NCBI GenBank assembly: GCA_025201805.1 | Contig: MU619319.1 | Span: 52,044-116,043 of the forward strand | From: Parasitella parasitica NRRL 2501 | Lineage: Eukaryota; Fungi; Mucoromycota | Length of the DNA: 64,000 nt | Reading direction: 5' to 3' | Shown here: piece by piece, positions 23,653-37,409 of the stretch | How the letters are laid out: every line of letters begins with the position of its first letter | Numbering within the stretch: the stretch's first letter is position 1 | Translations under genes and position numbers: made by a program | The notes under the pieces: generated by a model | The model's database searches: none | What the model was told of the DNA's origin: nothing | Seen by the model: only the letters and a program-made list of their open reading frames with translations

Positions 23653-26129
23653 AATAAAGAGTTTATTGCACATAAACAGCTTATTATGAATTTTAATGTG
23701 TGACATTGAAAAACTGCCGTGTATATCGAAAGGAGAATACAGAGAGAGAGAGAGGAAAAACAACCAATGTTATATTTATAAACATAGTTGCGTCTTTTAT
23801 TAGAATTAATCAGTTCTAAACATGAACCATTTTTGGCTTATTGACAACAACAAATTGTTTAAAGCAATGTTTTTTATCAGCTAAATCTAACGGTAAGTTA
23901 TATTCATTGTTGCCGCACTTGAAAATTTCGCGGAAATAATTTCACAATCTTGTGTACTCAATGAACAACACTGCGAAAACGGAGAATTAGCGCCGTCTTT
24001 TCGCATATATCAAGGCCATTTTCTTGAATGTCGTAAATTTTCTTTCGCAATACCTTCTCTTTCATGTCATTTAGCAATGTAAACATCATATCACTAGAAA
24101 TGAGCTGCTGCATACAGCATATTGGCAACAATAGAGAAAAGTGGGTGTGATCAGTCAACAGTGATGTCAGTCTAAATCTGGTAGCTTGTGTTTGATATCA
24201 CTACGGTTGTTTTCCAAATACCATTCATGGCATATATCTACTGCAGGTAGTACGATAGAAACAATTTTGTAACAAGAACCTTCAAGACGCAACAGAATTG
24301 CCTCATTCCACATCTCTATAGCAACGCGAGCATCTCATGGCAATTAAATCCTCGAATACTTGATCATCATTTTCTGTATGATTAGTAGCAGTGATAGCGT
24401 TGAATATACCATCAAACTAGTCAACGTAGAACTTGTCGGCACGGGTAAATTATTATAATTCTATATGGTTGCTGCAATCTATAATTCGTGCGCTGTAGAT
24501 CAGATCAATCAAAATCACTATGCACTTTTTGTTTTTTATTTAATATTAATAGGAGATGTCTACTTATAACATATCAGATGAGTACATATATTGTTTCAAC
24601 ATAACAGACGATATTCCTGAGTCTGAACCTATGGGAAATTGAAACCATTCAGAATGAATTAATGCTATTTTTTGACCGATTTCTTTAACCAAAAGTGCCA
24701 GAAATAGTATCCATTGGGAAAAGACTATGTTATATATGATTTTGGTGCAATTTGAGCATGATTTTTTTTTCGATGCAAAATCACGGATTTTTTCGATTTT
24801 TTCCTTGTATCCACACATCAATAATCACCGAATATGCATTATCCTCGATTTTTGACCCAAAAATGCAATTTTTTACTATAGCATATATTAGAGGAAAATG
24901 ATCGTAAAAGGCCATTTCTTAATCTGAAAGACTAAAAATGCGCTCTGATTAAGCAAAATATTGATTTTTCTCTCTTGATTTATTTTTAAGGTTTTCCTAA
25001 CAAAGTTACTTCCATAATCATACGGGAATTATGAAACAACACCATCGTGTAGAGCGCCCAAAAATACAGCTATTATCATAGATTGACAGCCGTGGTCTGC
25101 ATAGTACCAGTGAATGATATTATGCCTCAAAGGAGTAATTTGTTTTCTAATTGTCCAAATGGAGTTTCTGAAAGAATCTTTCCTTCCTGATTTTGGACGC
25201 GTTTAATCTCCGCTATCAAAGGAAATGGTGTTTTTTGAAGAAAGCATTAGCTTTGAGAAACCATGCTTACTCACTTTAACAGAAAAACAATTGCAACCTA
25301 TTTTATTTATATTTTGTGCTTCTTGGCTTTCTAATGGTAGCACTTGCATGTCTTTACCTGGCCTGACGATCTCACGCTTAGATTTTAAAAAATACTCTTC
25401 CGAAAAAAGTCAGAAAAGTCGCTAACTTCATCTGATATCAACTTAAAAAGTACAAAGACTTGCAATTATGTAATTAAAAGGTGACTTATAGTCCAATGCA
25501 TTACCTTGAATCACTTGTTTTTGTTCTCTAGATCACTAAGCATTATTTTCTCACAGTTTTTGTCTTTTTTATGACAACAGCACACTAAAGTTCGTGTAGA
25601 CCAAAAAAAACAGGCGTCTAAAATCTTCATACCTGGCTTTGCAACGACACACACTTTTTAAACAATTCCAATATTATGGAAAAGATGGCACAGGTTTGAC
25701 TTGCTCTTCTACTGTGTAACTAGATATAGAGAGCCCAGCTTGGTATTTGTCTGACACTAAAAACCTCCAGATCAACTGAAGGTATAAGAAAATTCCACCA
25801 GAATAACACACACATTCATAAAAAATCATCTGTATAGAAATTTATGAAATCCCAAGGACATGAATGTGTTATCTTCAACCTTACTCTCCGTTCCTAAATC
25901 CAAATAAAGGTTTTTGACTCAAAGTCAACAGACACACTTACACGTTCTTAATCACATGGGGAAAGGTCATGTATGGCTCATTCAAAACGGGCAAGGCAAT
26001 AAATTGATAACGATATATTGGCCATTTGATTGGAATTAGATGGGCTAGTTGCAAAACGCAAAAGATGGAGTTTTGACAGGCAGCAATTAGTTGCTTCAAA
26101 AATTATTTGGTTGAGCCTAGTATTTCAAT

Positions 26130-26970
26130 GACTTATTCAATTTCTCAACAATGACTTGCTGTGGGTAGTCCATATCAACCCATTCCAACAGCTGCTTGAT
26201 GATTTCAGCAAGAAAAACCTTTTTGTGGAACCATCTGTCATAGCAGTTTGTAAATATTCAACCCTTTTTGCTGAAATAGCATCAATGATTGAAATATTCT
26301 TGTCGCTTTTCGTCTTTGTGATTACATGGGCCTTCTTTCCTTTGGTTGATCTTGCACGCCCAGGTACCCTGCAAGCACTGAATCTACTTTCATCAACAAA
26401 AATACAGTTTGTCGGGTAATTAATAACCTTATGCCAAAGGCCAATATATTAATTCTTTCGCTCTCTTGCTATTCTTTTAGTTGTTTGTATTTCTTTTCAT
26501 TGGGGATGTTTTTTTGAGCTTTTGAGTTATATGTTTTTAAATGGTAGAAATTCCCAATTGCATTTTATGGAGGGAATTTTTCTGGAATCTCATCAATATG
26601 TCTCTGCTGAAGTTGCTCTAATGTCAAGGTATTTCCCTCATCTTTTTCATCAATTATATTTATTAAAAATTCAGGGTGGATTTGCTGAATCTTTATAGTT
26701 TGTGCCCGAGGATGGTGTTCAACCTTGTCAGTTCTGCGAAGCCGATCAAGGATATTTCCAACTGTTTTGTCAGCAATCGAAGTATATTTATATATGCATT
26801 GTCAAAATGCGAGTAGCATGATGCTTTTTTGATTGTGAGATTCATTTCCAGATTTGTGAGTTTGATTTGAAAATACGATATATCGGGCAGATGAAAGAAA
26901 AAAAATAGTTGATGCAAACAAAGCTGATCTAGACGAATATTTTTATCGATCAACAAGTGCTGTCTCATGA
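26130..26970 (-). mobile_element. Degenerate Tc1/IS630-family transposase relic(s)
   Basis: PTNCIFVDESRF..PGRARSTKGKKAHV..KNISIIDAISA (first catalytic Asp region); upstream HTH-like EFLINIIDEK..LTLEQL and NLTIKKAS segments; many stops and frameshifts. Confidence 0.8.
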
Positions 26971-27224
26971 TGGTTTCGCCACATTTTAAAGCCGCACAAG
27001 AGTAAATGTGCGGTATAATAACTAGAGTGTTTGTGTTGTGTCCATTGTAATCTCGACGCCACGCTATGATATTTTACTACCACCATTGCATTTATACAGT
27101 ACATGACATTCAAAAGAATCGGGCAAAATATTGCATACTAATATATGTCAAATATACTTTTTATTTATGTTACAAAACCGAATGGTGAGACATTTTCCTT
27201 CTACATGTGATATTCCCTTCCGAT

Positions 27225-27900
27225 TCACAGTTGTGCAAAGGACAGTCGGTTCTTCAACTGTTTCAATGATCGAGTTACTTTTCTCTTTAACGGTGGAAGC
27301 GTTAGTGACAAAGTTAACGATGATGTAGTGGTATAGGAGGGAGGTGGTATAACAAGGATCGATTTTGGTTGTGTTTCCCCGGTGGAATGTCTTCGTACTT
27401 CAACAGGTTTTTGGTCCAGATCAGCAGCATCTTCGTCAAATATTGTACAGACAACAACCACCTTTTCATCAAAGCTTACTTTTCTTTGTCTTTTTTCGGT
27501 GGTGGTTTGGAGAGATGCAGGGGAAGAAAATGTTGATACTAGTGGATAAGGACGTTTTGGTATGATTGTGATGTTGTATTTATTGGAGGATGTTGCTTCT
27601 TTTGGCATAACTTTTTGGCTTCTGATGGGCGATAGGGATGAGTTTTTGGGTGCTTTGCTAAATGCAGGGTTAGTCTACACATCCACACTCCATATAAGAT
27701 GGGAAGAAGGTTACTTACAAATGCTTTCTTGGGATGGAAGGAATGATTTGCTTTGTCTTTTTCAGATTTGTGGCGGGTTTTGTATTTGAGTTCAATTGTT
27801 GGTAGAAGAAATAGGAATGCTGTGCACCTATGCTGACAAGATCTGTATGGACATTGGCACTAGTAGCATTGTCAAAAGGATGTACAGCAAGGACAGACAT
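27225..27900 (-). CDS. Small hypothetical disordered protein with RVxF (RKVSF) motif (2 exons)
   Basis: MSVLAVHP...PRKHL, GTAAGT intron, then ...KRQRKVSFDEKVVVV...RRHS...; pyrimidine-rich leader and a TATTTAAA upstream. Confidence 0.65.
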
Positions 27901-29339
27901 GGTTATTTTGGATATGGAGGGAAAAGGATAAAGAGAGAAAGAGAAAGAGGGCAAAAGGAAAACGAGGGATTTAAATAAGGAACACATATCATATGGTTGC
28001 TATATTCACGTCATTCTATTTATGAAATAGCTACAAGAACAAATGGTGATACAACATGATTGTTCTCTCTCGAAACGGATACTTGAAATGAGGCAGTATT
28101 TGAGCCTTCAAAATACATTCTACACTCATTGCATGTTACTTTTGTACGGACTTTTGGTGTGCCTGATACCGGCAGTACATGTAACTTATTATTTTTAGCA
28201 TGTCCAGCGCTTTCCTAAGCTTGCATACCCAATAGATCGACTATAGATGTACAAGCAGCTAGAAAATGAATTAATACATATATTCTGCCTAATAATAATA
28301 CTTACTCTTTATATCTAATTCCTTTCTCTTTATCCAGCGCAATTGTCACTATTGTATATCCTGATATTCATCAAACTTCACATAATAAAATAAATAATCT
28401 GGTCGGATATAATCATGTGTATGTTACTTTAATTCCATCCGATGGGTGCCCCCCCCCCTCGACATCTCCTTCTCCCTTTGTAAGATCGCAGTTTTTGGCT
28501 TGAAATGCGAGTGAATTGCTGAATATATCTCTCATCAATGACAAGACCATCATTAGGTTTTTACTAATCAGATGCAACTAAATAGAGTAAATAATACCGT
28601 TTTTGAGTCTATCAGCAGGAATGTCTGCCGCCCAAGTGAGCCGTTCTCCATAGATATCCGGCAGCACCATCATATGAACATTCTAGTAACTGACCATGTA
28701 GTGCGTTGATGTGATCAAACCAGAGCACGATGCTTCGCTTCGAATATACACTTTATATTACACGTTAAAGTGTATATTACTTTTGTCCCCCAAAGGACCC
28801 ATCTTAGATAATGCACCAAAATTTGAAAATTGTAAAGTAGATGACAGTATCTAAAAATGCAGGGGAGCGGGCGCTATGATATTCTCTCTTTTTTTTTGGC
28901 GCCTGAAGATGAACATTCATCTCCTTCTTTGTTAGTTGACAGTAATGTTAAAGATGTGCTGTCGATTGCACGTGTGCCTTTATGTAATAAATAACATTAG
29001 GGAGCAAACTATGTGAATAAAGACTGTATAAACTTACGATCTTCTTTTGTTTTTTTCGCGCTCGAGCTGGTATTGCACTTAAATTAAATTGCTTGGCATT
29101 TTCATGGGAGCTATCACCCTCCAAGTGCTAGCTTCCAATTTTTCAAGACAAAAGGGTGGAAAAGATATTTAATATAAACTGCCAATCACTACATATATAC
29201 CATACACTCGCCATGGAAGTCTTGGCGTGTTGCTCGCTTTACGACCATGGCTGTCTAATGCCCATGTAGCGCAACCACGGACCTTATGAATCAAATTATT
29301 CAAGTGTCTCGAGCCAATAGCACGACTACAAATGCTCTT

Positions 29340-29860
29340 TTTGACTGATGCATCAAGTCCATAAATATCAACTTTAACCAAGGAACTTACATCAGTTACG
29401 CGTATATTTGAATTCTCAAGGATGACACGGTTGTAGATTTAACGGACATCCTCTGTTGGTCTACCCATTATCTTATGACTTTATTGCCCAGCAGATTTGA
29501 TAAACTCGTAACTGACAGTTTAGGAAGTTCACAATCTCCAATAAATTCGCATAAATGGGATAATGCTGCCTCGCTGCATTCAGGGATATGCTTGACCATA
29601 TCCGTCATCACTTTTATAAACATTGGCCCTTTATAAGCGATCCTCCCCCCCCCCCTCTCCCTCTTTATCGCCCAACATATGCTTCCTAGAAAAGTTAGCA
29701 TAGCAAATTGCTTGGCAGGGAACTTTTAGATTAAGGGATCATGTAGCAATCACCCGAAAGTTATCGGAAATAATTATCCATGAAATATGTAACTTGTTGC
29801 AAAAAATGATCGACAGAGAGACCTTTATTTAGTTTTAAAAGATGGCAGTACTTTTGAAGG
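29340..29860 (-). pseudogene. SEC21: Coatomer gamma subunit (Sec21/COPG) pseudogene fragment
   Basis: Frameshifted segments SVDHFLQQVTYFM, ISDNFRVI, KFPAKQFAMLTFLGSI, DMVKHIPECSEAALSHLCEFIGDCELPKLSV and IYNRVILENSNIR match conserved gamma-COP trunk motifs; no N- or C-terminal remainder. Confidence 0.85.
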
Positions 29861-30842
29861 CTTTTATCAGTGATAAGGTTAGGAATGCCCAGATTTACAA
29901 TGCACAACAGTGAAGCAAGTATCTGCAAATAGTATGGGTTAGATTATAACAAAGAATCTGTGCTATAGATTTTACAGAGTCCTTGGTGGGAACACTACAG
30001 ACTTGTTGTAAATAGCACGAGCAGCACTCTTTTTATTCTTGTGGCGCAAAAAAAAAAACCTCCAAATCAAATGTATTGCTAGGATTCCTCTCTTTTGACT
30101 TCATGGCAGGTTTAGGTCATAAGCTATATTAAAACCAGACAATCTACGTTCTAATTTGAGCTTTCATTGAGCATAATTAAGCTTCATCTTGGTGAAACCC
30201 TCGTTAGATCATTTGGTAGAAATTGCGGTTGCAATTATATTTTTGGCTTGTATGGATAGCTCAATCTCACAGTTTGAAAGCAAATTTGTATAGATGCATT
30301 CTGCTTGAATACAGCTATTCAAATTGTATCATACGTATTGATACTTTTTATCTCATTTTGAAAAATTTCAAGTAAATGAGTCCCAAAATCAGTAAAAACG
30401 TTGTCCATTTATTATACCAGGGGCTGTTTGGGCTCCCTTAATAAAAACCAAAAAGCAAAACGCTCAAATGTGATATTGAGTAAACATCCAACGAGACAGT
30501 AAAAAGCCTCAGCTTTATGCATGCTAGATTTTAAAATTATGCATTTTGCAGTTAAACATGCGTTGAAATAGGTTGTATGAACCACATTTGTCTCTTTCAT
30601 TTATTAGCTTTTTTTAACCTAAAAACTGCTTGTATTTAATTCACATTTCCTAGTTGAATGCCTGAAAGCCTGTGTAGATCTACAATAGAAGGACGAAATC
30701 TACAATTCATGCGAAAATAAGCCACTTAGATGAAGAGTCAGCGCTTGACTCCTTTTTTCTACACCATCAAACATCAGACATAAAAAGATCTCACAGACGC
30801 TACTTTGTCCTTCTCTCTCTTCTTGTTTAATAACAGCAAACG

Positions 30843-32354
30843 ATGGCCAATATTCACGACAAGTACCAATCCCCTTTAACTTCCCGTTATGCCTCCAAAG
30901 AGATGGCTTATACTTTCTCTGAGGATAAGCGTTATTCTACATGGCGTCAGCTTTGGACTAACTTGGCTATTGCCGAAAAGCAGCTCGGTTTGACAGATAT
31001 TACCGATGAAGCTATTGAACAGATGAAGGCCAACATCTTCAACATTGATTATGCTGTTGCTGCTGAAGAAGAAAAGAAGCGTAGACATGATGTGATGGCT
31101 CACGTCCACACATTTGGCCTTGTAGCTCCTGCCGCCGCTCCCATCATTCACTTGGGTGCTACTTCATGTTATGTCACAGGTAAGAAACCAAACTGGGCGC
31201 TGTGTATATCGTATGCAAGGTCATAATTCGTATTGTGTACAGATAACGGCGATTTGATCATCCTCAGAGATGCTTACGATATCGTCATCAAGAAACTGGT
31301 CCATGTCATTGACATCCTCTCAAAGTTTGCCGAAGAATATCGTGCTTTGCCTACGTTGGGGTTCACTCATTTCCAGCCTGCTCAGCTTGTCACTGTAGGC
31401 AAGCGTGCCACTTTGTGGATTCAAGAGTTATTGTGGGATTTACGTAACTTTGAGCGTGCTCGTGATGATCTCAAGCTGCGCGGTGTCAAGGGTACTACTG
31501 GCACTCAAGCTTCGTTCATGGCCCTCTTCGAAGGTGATCATGACAAGGTCGAGGAGCTAGATCAACTGGTCACTGAGCTCTCTGGTTTCAAGGAAGCTTA
31601 CCCCGTTTGTGGCCAAACCTACTCCCGTAAGATTGATATTGACGTTTTGCACCCTCTGTCTGGCTTTGGCGCCACTGCTCACAAGATTGCTACTGACATT
31701 CGTCTTTTGGCCAACTTGAAGGAAGTCGAGGAGCCTTTCGAGAAGGACCAAATCGGCTCGTCTGCCATGGCCTACAAGCGTAACCCTATGCGTTCTGAAC
31801 GTGTTTGTTCTCTCTCCCGTCACCTGATGATCCTTGTCAACGATGCTCTTCAAACCAGTGCTGTTCAATGGTTCGAACGTACCTTGGATGATTCCGCCAA
31901 CCGCCGAATTTCTTTGCCCGAAGCCTTTTTGACCACTGATATTGTCCTGACCACTCTTCAAAACATTTGCGAAGGCATGGTTGTCTACCCCAAAGTCATT
32001 GAGCGTCGTATCCAACAAGAATTGCCTTTTATGGCCACCGAAAATGTTATCATGGCTATGGTTAAGAAGGGCGGCGATCGTCAAGAATGCCACGAAGAGA
32101 TCCGTGTCTTGTCCCATCAAGCTGGCTATGTGGTCAAGATGGAAGGTGGCCAAAATGATTTGATTGAGCGCATCAAGAATACTAAATATTTTGAGCCCAT
32201 TTGGGATGACCTTCCAAAGTTATTGGATCCTTCTACCTTTATCGGCCGTGCTCCTCAGCAAGTTGATAGCTTTTTGGCCAAGCACGTCAAGCCTGCACTG
32301 GCCCCTTATGCGGAAGCTCTTAAGGATCATACCAAGGCTGAACTGTCTGTCTAA
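30843..32354 (+). CDS. ADE13: Adenylosuccinate lyase (2 exons)
   Basis: [33 protein letters not shown]|DNGDL, fumarase-superfamily [15 protein letters not shown]. Confidence 0.97.
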
Positions 32355-32694
32355 ACCTTTCTTTTAACAAACCACAAAAAGAAGCAGAACTCTTTTGTTA
32401 CTATTGTACATTTATTACCACGAAAAAATACAAGAAACTAGTCTAATAAACCACCTTCTTTTACAATGATGCGATACGAAAGCATCTTGCGTATATCTGA
32501 CTAAGCAGATTGCCTTCTAACATACCAAATCAATGCTTGCAGCGCTGTGGTGCAAGTAAAAAATATGCAAACATTTATTTGACAGAGATAGGTGAGATAT
32601 AATAATTACGGCGAAAAAGTAGCAATACAGTTAATAGAGAGTAGTTAATAATAATAATAAAAAATACATGCGTATTTTGAAAGGATAGGCGTGG

Positions 32695-34364
32695 TTAATA
32701 AGCTCCCCTGGCTTCACCATCCTTAAATACATTCCTGGGAGAAAGCTCGCCAGACAACTCCTCAAGACTCTTACCTTTTGTTTCTGGAATAAGGAACGAA
32801 GAAGCGAGACCTGACAACATGAAAAGAGCAAAGATTTGTAAGAGATGATTGATCCATTTGTTGGGACCACCGATATCCTTCAAAAGACCAAATCCGACTT
32901 GAGCAACAATAGCACCTATTTTACCAGAGGCAGCAGAGATACCGTGAGCAGTAGATCTGTAGCGAGTGGGGAAACATTCGCCGGGAACAATAAAGGTCGT
33001 AGTGTTGGGGCCAAAGTTGAAAAAGAGCTGGGTAATGGTATAAAGGACGATGAAAAGAACATTGGAGGTAGCAAGGATTTTATCGTAAGCAAAGCCCAAG
33101 ATAATGAAGAGGATAGTAAGCATAGTGAAGCCCATGATTTGAATAGTCTTGCGACCAAGTTTATCGATAGTGAAGACAGAGATCCAGTAGCCAGGAACAC
33201 TTCCAAGCAAATTGATGATAATGTTGCCCACACAGGTACGGAAAACTGCTGTGTAAGGGTCAGCATCACTGCCAAAACCGATGTTGGACAAGATGATAGA
33301 ATTGTTTAAACCGAGACCGTACCATGCGACATCCAGAGCAAACCAAGAGTAAGCTGTACCGAGCAAGATTTTGCCATTTTTCCATTGACCGAAATGTCTG
33401 CAGAAATCACTCCAAGAAGCTTTGGGAGTGGCATCGGTACGAGTCATAGCGATATTATCACTGTATTCGCCAGCAGAGGCGCCCTTTTCAATGAAAGCTC
33501 TGGCATCACGAATACCCTTTTCTACCTTTTGCTCAACATCGATTGTAAATCGAGGAGTTTCTGGGATAGTAAGGCGATAATAGAGTGCACAAACACCAGG
33601 GACAGCACCAAGGCCAATAACAAGACGCCAGACGTAGTCCAGCTTTTGAGCATCCTCCTTGATGGCGCTTTGGAAAGCAGCAGTACAGATCAGACCGACT
33701 AGGCCAGCAGCCAATTGACCAATGCCTTGCATGGCAAAGACAGCGGCCATCATAGCACCACGACGCTTAGTAGTTGCGAATTCAGATGTAATGACAGAAG
33801 ATAGAGGGTAGTCACCACCGATACCCACACCGACAATGATGCGCCAGAAAGTGATGACTCCCCAGAAAGAAGCAGCAGGACCATTACCAGCAAGAGCTTG
33901 ACCGATAGTACCAATAATAATGATGATTAATTCGACGCCATACATTCTCTTGCGACCTACACGATCAGCAAGGTAGCCAAAAGCAAGTTGTCCGATAACA
34001 GTACCAACTGAGCAAGACACCTTTATGGCAGTATCTACGTTGTAAGGAGTTTTGTTGTTGTTTGCAGAAAAGTAGACGAAACCGATCATAGTGGAAACCA
34101 GATTGATGGCGAAAATATCATACGCATCGGTAAAGAAACCGATACCAGATACGATGCAAGCGCGGACATGGAACCAGCCGAATTCAGCATTATCAATCTA
34201 AAAAATGTGCGCAGAGTTAGTCTCTACCATGCAAGTGCTACACATTGGTCTGCAATCCCTACCTCTTCCAGCGCTATTCGGCGACATTCTAGAGCGTCTA
34301 AAGCGAGTTGATCATGGTCGACCGTCTCCATATGGACAGTTTTATGCTCTGCTTCAATTGACAT
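32695..34364 (-). CDS. PHO84: High-affinity phosphate:H+ symporter (MFS, 2 exons)
   Basis: IDNAEFGWFHVRACIVSGIGFFTDAYDIF, GGDYPLSSVITSE, NFGPNTTTFIVPGECFPTRYRSTAHGISAASGK. Confidence 0.95.
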
Positions 34365-34486
34365 TTTAGCTTTTATATATAGGATAAATCAGAGCATTGA
34401 TTTGAGGTTGCTCTATTTATACCGAATTTTCGATACAGGTTGTACAGTGGCCATCGCTGCCTTTTTTTTTTTTTTTTTTTTTTTTT

Positions 34487-34496
34487 NNNNNNNNNN
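34487..34496. other. Assembly gap (10 N) after a poly-T run
   Basis: N run. Confidence 0.99.
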
Positions 34497-37409
34497 CATT
34501 AAGTAATCGAAACAATCCAATCGTTTCAACCATGCGGTGTAGTTTATTGTTTGTCTATCAAATTCATACAAAAACTTGGTAAAAGAGATGCGCGTTCTGT
34601 GGCACAGGAGCAAGATGGCGTCCAATCAAGTATCATGCACAATCCACGCTTTCATTGCTCGTGGTTAGCAATACACATTTATTTCTTCTTTGTATGCTAT
34701 TTTAGTTGCAATGATTTTCTCTAATAACATTATCCATTGTTGGATATATTTACGAAAAAGAGAAGTTTTACAAGTAGATATTTGTTGGACGAAAAAAAAA
34801 GGGAGAAAAAGTTTGATTTCGACATGAACGATTAAGGTTTTACAAATTATACAAGTGGGATCAAAAAAATTGCTAAACCTCAAATGGCATTGCAGTGAGT
34901 TGATGGCATTCAATCCCACCATCTCATTTTTATGTACTAACAATTGCTCAAACATGTACGATTCACCTGATAGCATTTCCACAATGAGTGTATATAAAGT
35001 ATTACACATAAAAGAAAGCACATGCTGCTGGATTTTCTTGCGTACAGATGCTGTATCTTTTAGTGATTGAATTGAAAGCCCACGTTGGCTACTGGTGACA
35101 CGGCAGATGAGGAAGTGTGCTGCAACTTTTTATTTTTATTTTTATCGTTGTCCTGAATGCTTAGAATCATGGCTTCTCTAAACAAATGCAGCTGCTCAAT
35201 GCACTTGTTGTATTACAAATATACTGTAAAGCCGGTTTTTTTACGTTTCTTATATACCCACATGGGCATGTGTTGAGATTTAATCAGGACTTCCCAACAA
35301 GTATCCAATTGAATGTAAAGGATGATGGTGCCTGAATTAAAAAAGAGCCAATCAAGTCAATTGCTATTACATTATCCCCACGTTTGTTTGTTTGATAGAT
35401 AATCGGGAGATGTATTCCAACCACATCACAAAAAGCGTCATTTTTACTCGTCATAATAAGAATGATTGAGACAATGACATGAACACTGGTAAACAATCAA
35501 GCCTTCTACTCTTTTTCTTTTTTCTTTTTTTTTTAATTAGAATGTGATTATTTATAAAAAAAAAAAAAAGAAAAAAAAAACGATTAGAACATGAAAAGCC
35601 GTGCATAATGGGTATGTTTGCAAGGATTTGTACGCGGCGCCTGGCGTACAAATATTTACATTTCTGGAATAAATAAAAGTATGGCTTTCTCGGATATATG
35701 CTGTTATATACCGAATTAACTACTATTATTTCTTTTATGAATGATTGTGCCAAGAGAGCCAAAGATAGCTTTGATTATTTCTAGCTTTTGGTTGGTAAGC
35801 CACTGGTCGCTTACAGATTTGATAAGTCTCAAGTCATACGGCAAAGTGTAGGCAACTGTTAACACAATGGACACTTTTACTATATGTGTAGAAAATCATA
35901 TCTCCTACACTTAAAATTTCAAGACTATGTCCGTTTTTTCTCTGCTAAAGGGATTCTACGCGCGGAAAGACATTGAGAATGACTCTCAATATAATGTTAA
36001 TAATGATTACCAACATTGCTGTAGGCTCTTTTCAAGTTTGAACCTTGTATCCCAATGTAAATCGATTTGCAAGGTACTTTGAAATGGCCAGATTCAGCGC
36101 TTAATGTCCAATGATAGCTTATGAGTTATTCTTTTTGCAAATAGTAATGATTCAATGATCCGTTCCAAGGCTCTAAAAAAAAAGAGGTTGGGGGTTAGGT
36201 TTAATCATTATAATTTTTAAGAAGGATATTATTTGTCGATTTCCTCAACATATCAATCCAGGAACAACAATTACAACATTTTATCAGCAGCAGTAAACAT
36301 ATCTCGGGGTGTACATGGTAATTTTTATAGATTTGTTCACATGCAATTTGCAATGTTTGTAACCATCACTATACCACACAATATTCATCGGGCTTGAATA
36401 TTCAAGGAGGGAGGGGGAAATATTCTATTACATGGAGATGAACTAACAATGGAAACAAAACAAATTACCATCTTGGCATTATTAATGACAATCAATTTCC
36501 AATCATGGACATGATAACAAAATAATGATTTAATCCCTTCGGAGTACTGTAACACGCCAGATGATATAATTTATCATCATATCATCATTATTGCTGAAAA
36601 ACATATAATGTGCCTGATTTTACCGACTTCAATAGATGTACCCGGGTAAAAGGTAAAAAAAAAAAAAGTTTTTTGGTTAAATGAAAACCCCTTCAGTTAT
36701 TGTAAATGCAGAAAAGTTGATGCATAGCGATCCTCTTGTCTGGTTACTAGATCAATTGAGTGTATCATGTCCTTTTGTCATCAATTACACGTAAAGCCAC
36801 GATATCATGATGAAAGCCCAGTGTATTAAATAGGATGATAAAGTAACAAAACCGGAAGCTGTAACGGATTTTGATTTAAGCGTCCTGAAAAAGTTTACCA
36901 GCGCGTCATAACTTGTGTACATTTACATATATGAAATGAGTTAATTAAAGCACTAAAAGTTATGTGCAGTACATTATTGTGTACACATGGTCACCAATGC
37001 CTTATTGTTTAAATTTAAGTTTTCAACCGAAACTGAACTGGTTTAGCAGCAATAATACACATACTTCGGGTCTGGTCTTTTGGTCTGGATCTAATGTAAC
37101 CCACCTCAGAGTGTAACCCAACGTTACAAAAGAGAGAAAAAAAATTTTTTTCTACACAAAAAAATGACAGAAGGTTACAATAAAATGGTTTGAAGCTTTT
37201 TTTAATTAGAAAAGTTAAAAAGATAATATTAAGAATAAGTTACATAAGGAAGTGTTGTGATGAATGTATATATATGAAAAAAGATTCTTCGTCTTTGCCT
37301 TGATGTTATATGTATAAATGTCGATTTCTGTGTGTCATCGTGAGGAAACATGGGAGAAGGGGGGGGGGGAGGAGATTGCTATTTTTTTTTTAATTTGTAA
37401 TGTATCAAT

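Noticed and set aside
23950-25500. Broken coding-like stretches between the orphan gene and the Tc1 relic
   Set aside because: No recognisable motif in any frame; probably decayed TE or gene, but unsupported.
31557-32153. Long antisense ORFs over ADE13 (likewise over tubulin 21885-22376, RPL19 54501-55067, PHO84 and 14-3-3)
   Set aside because: An expected by-product of biased codon usage in highly expressed genes; no independent motifs.
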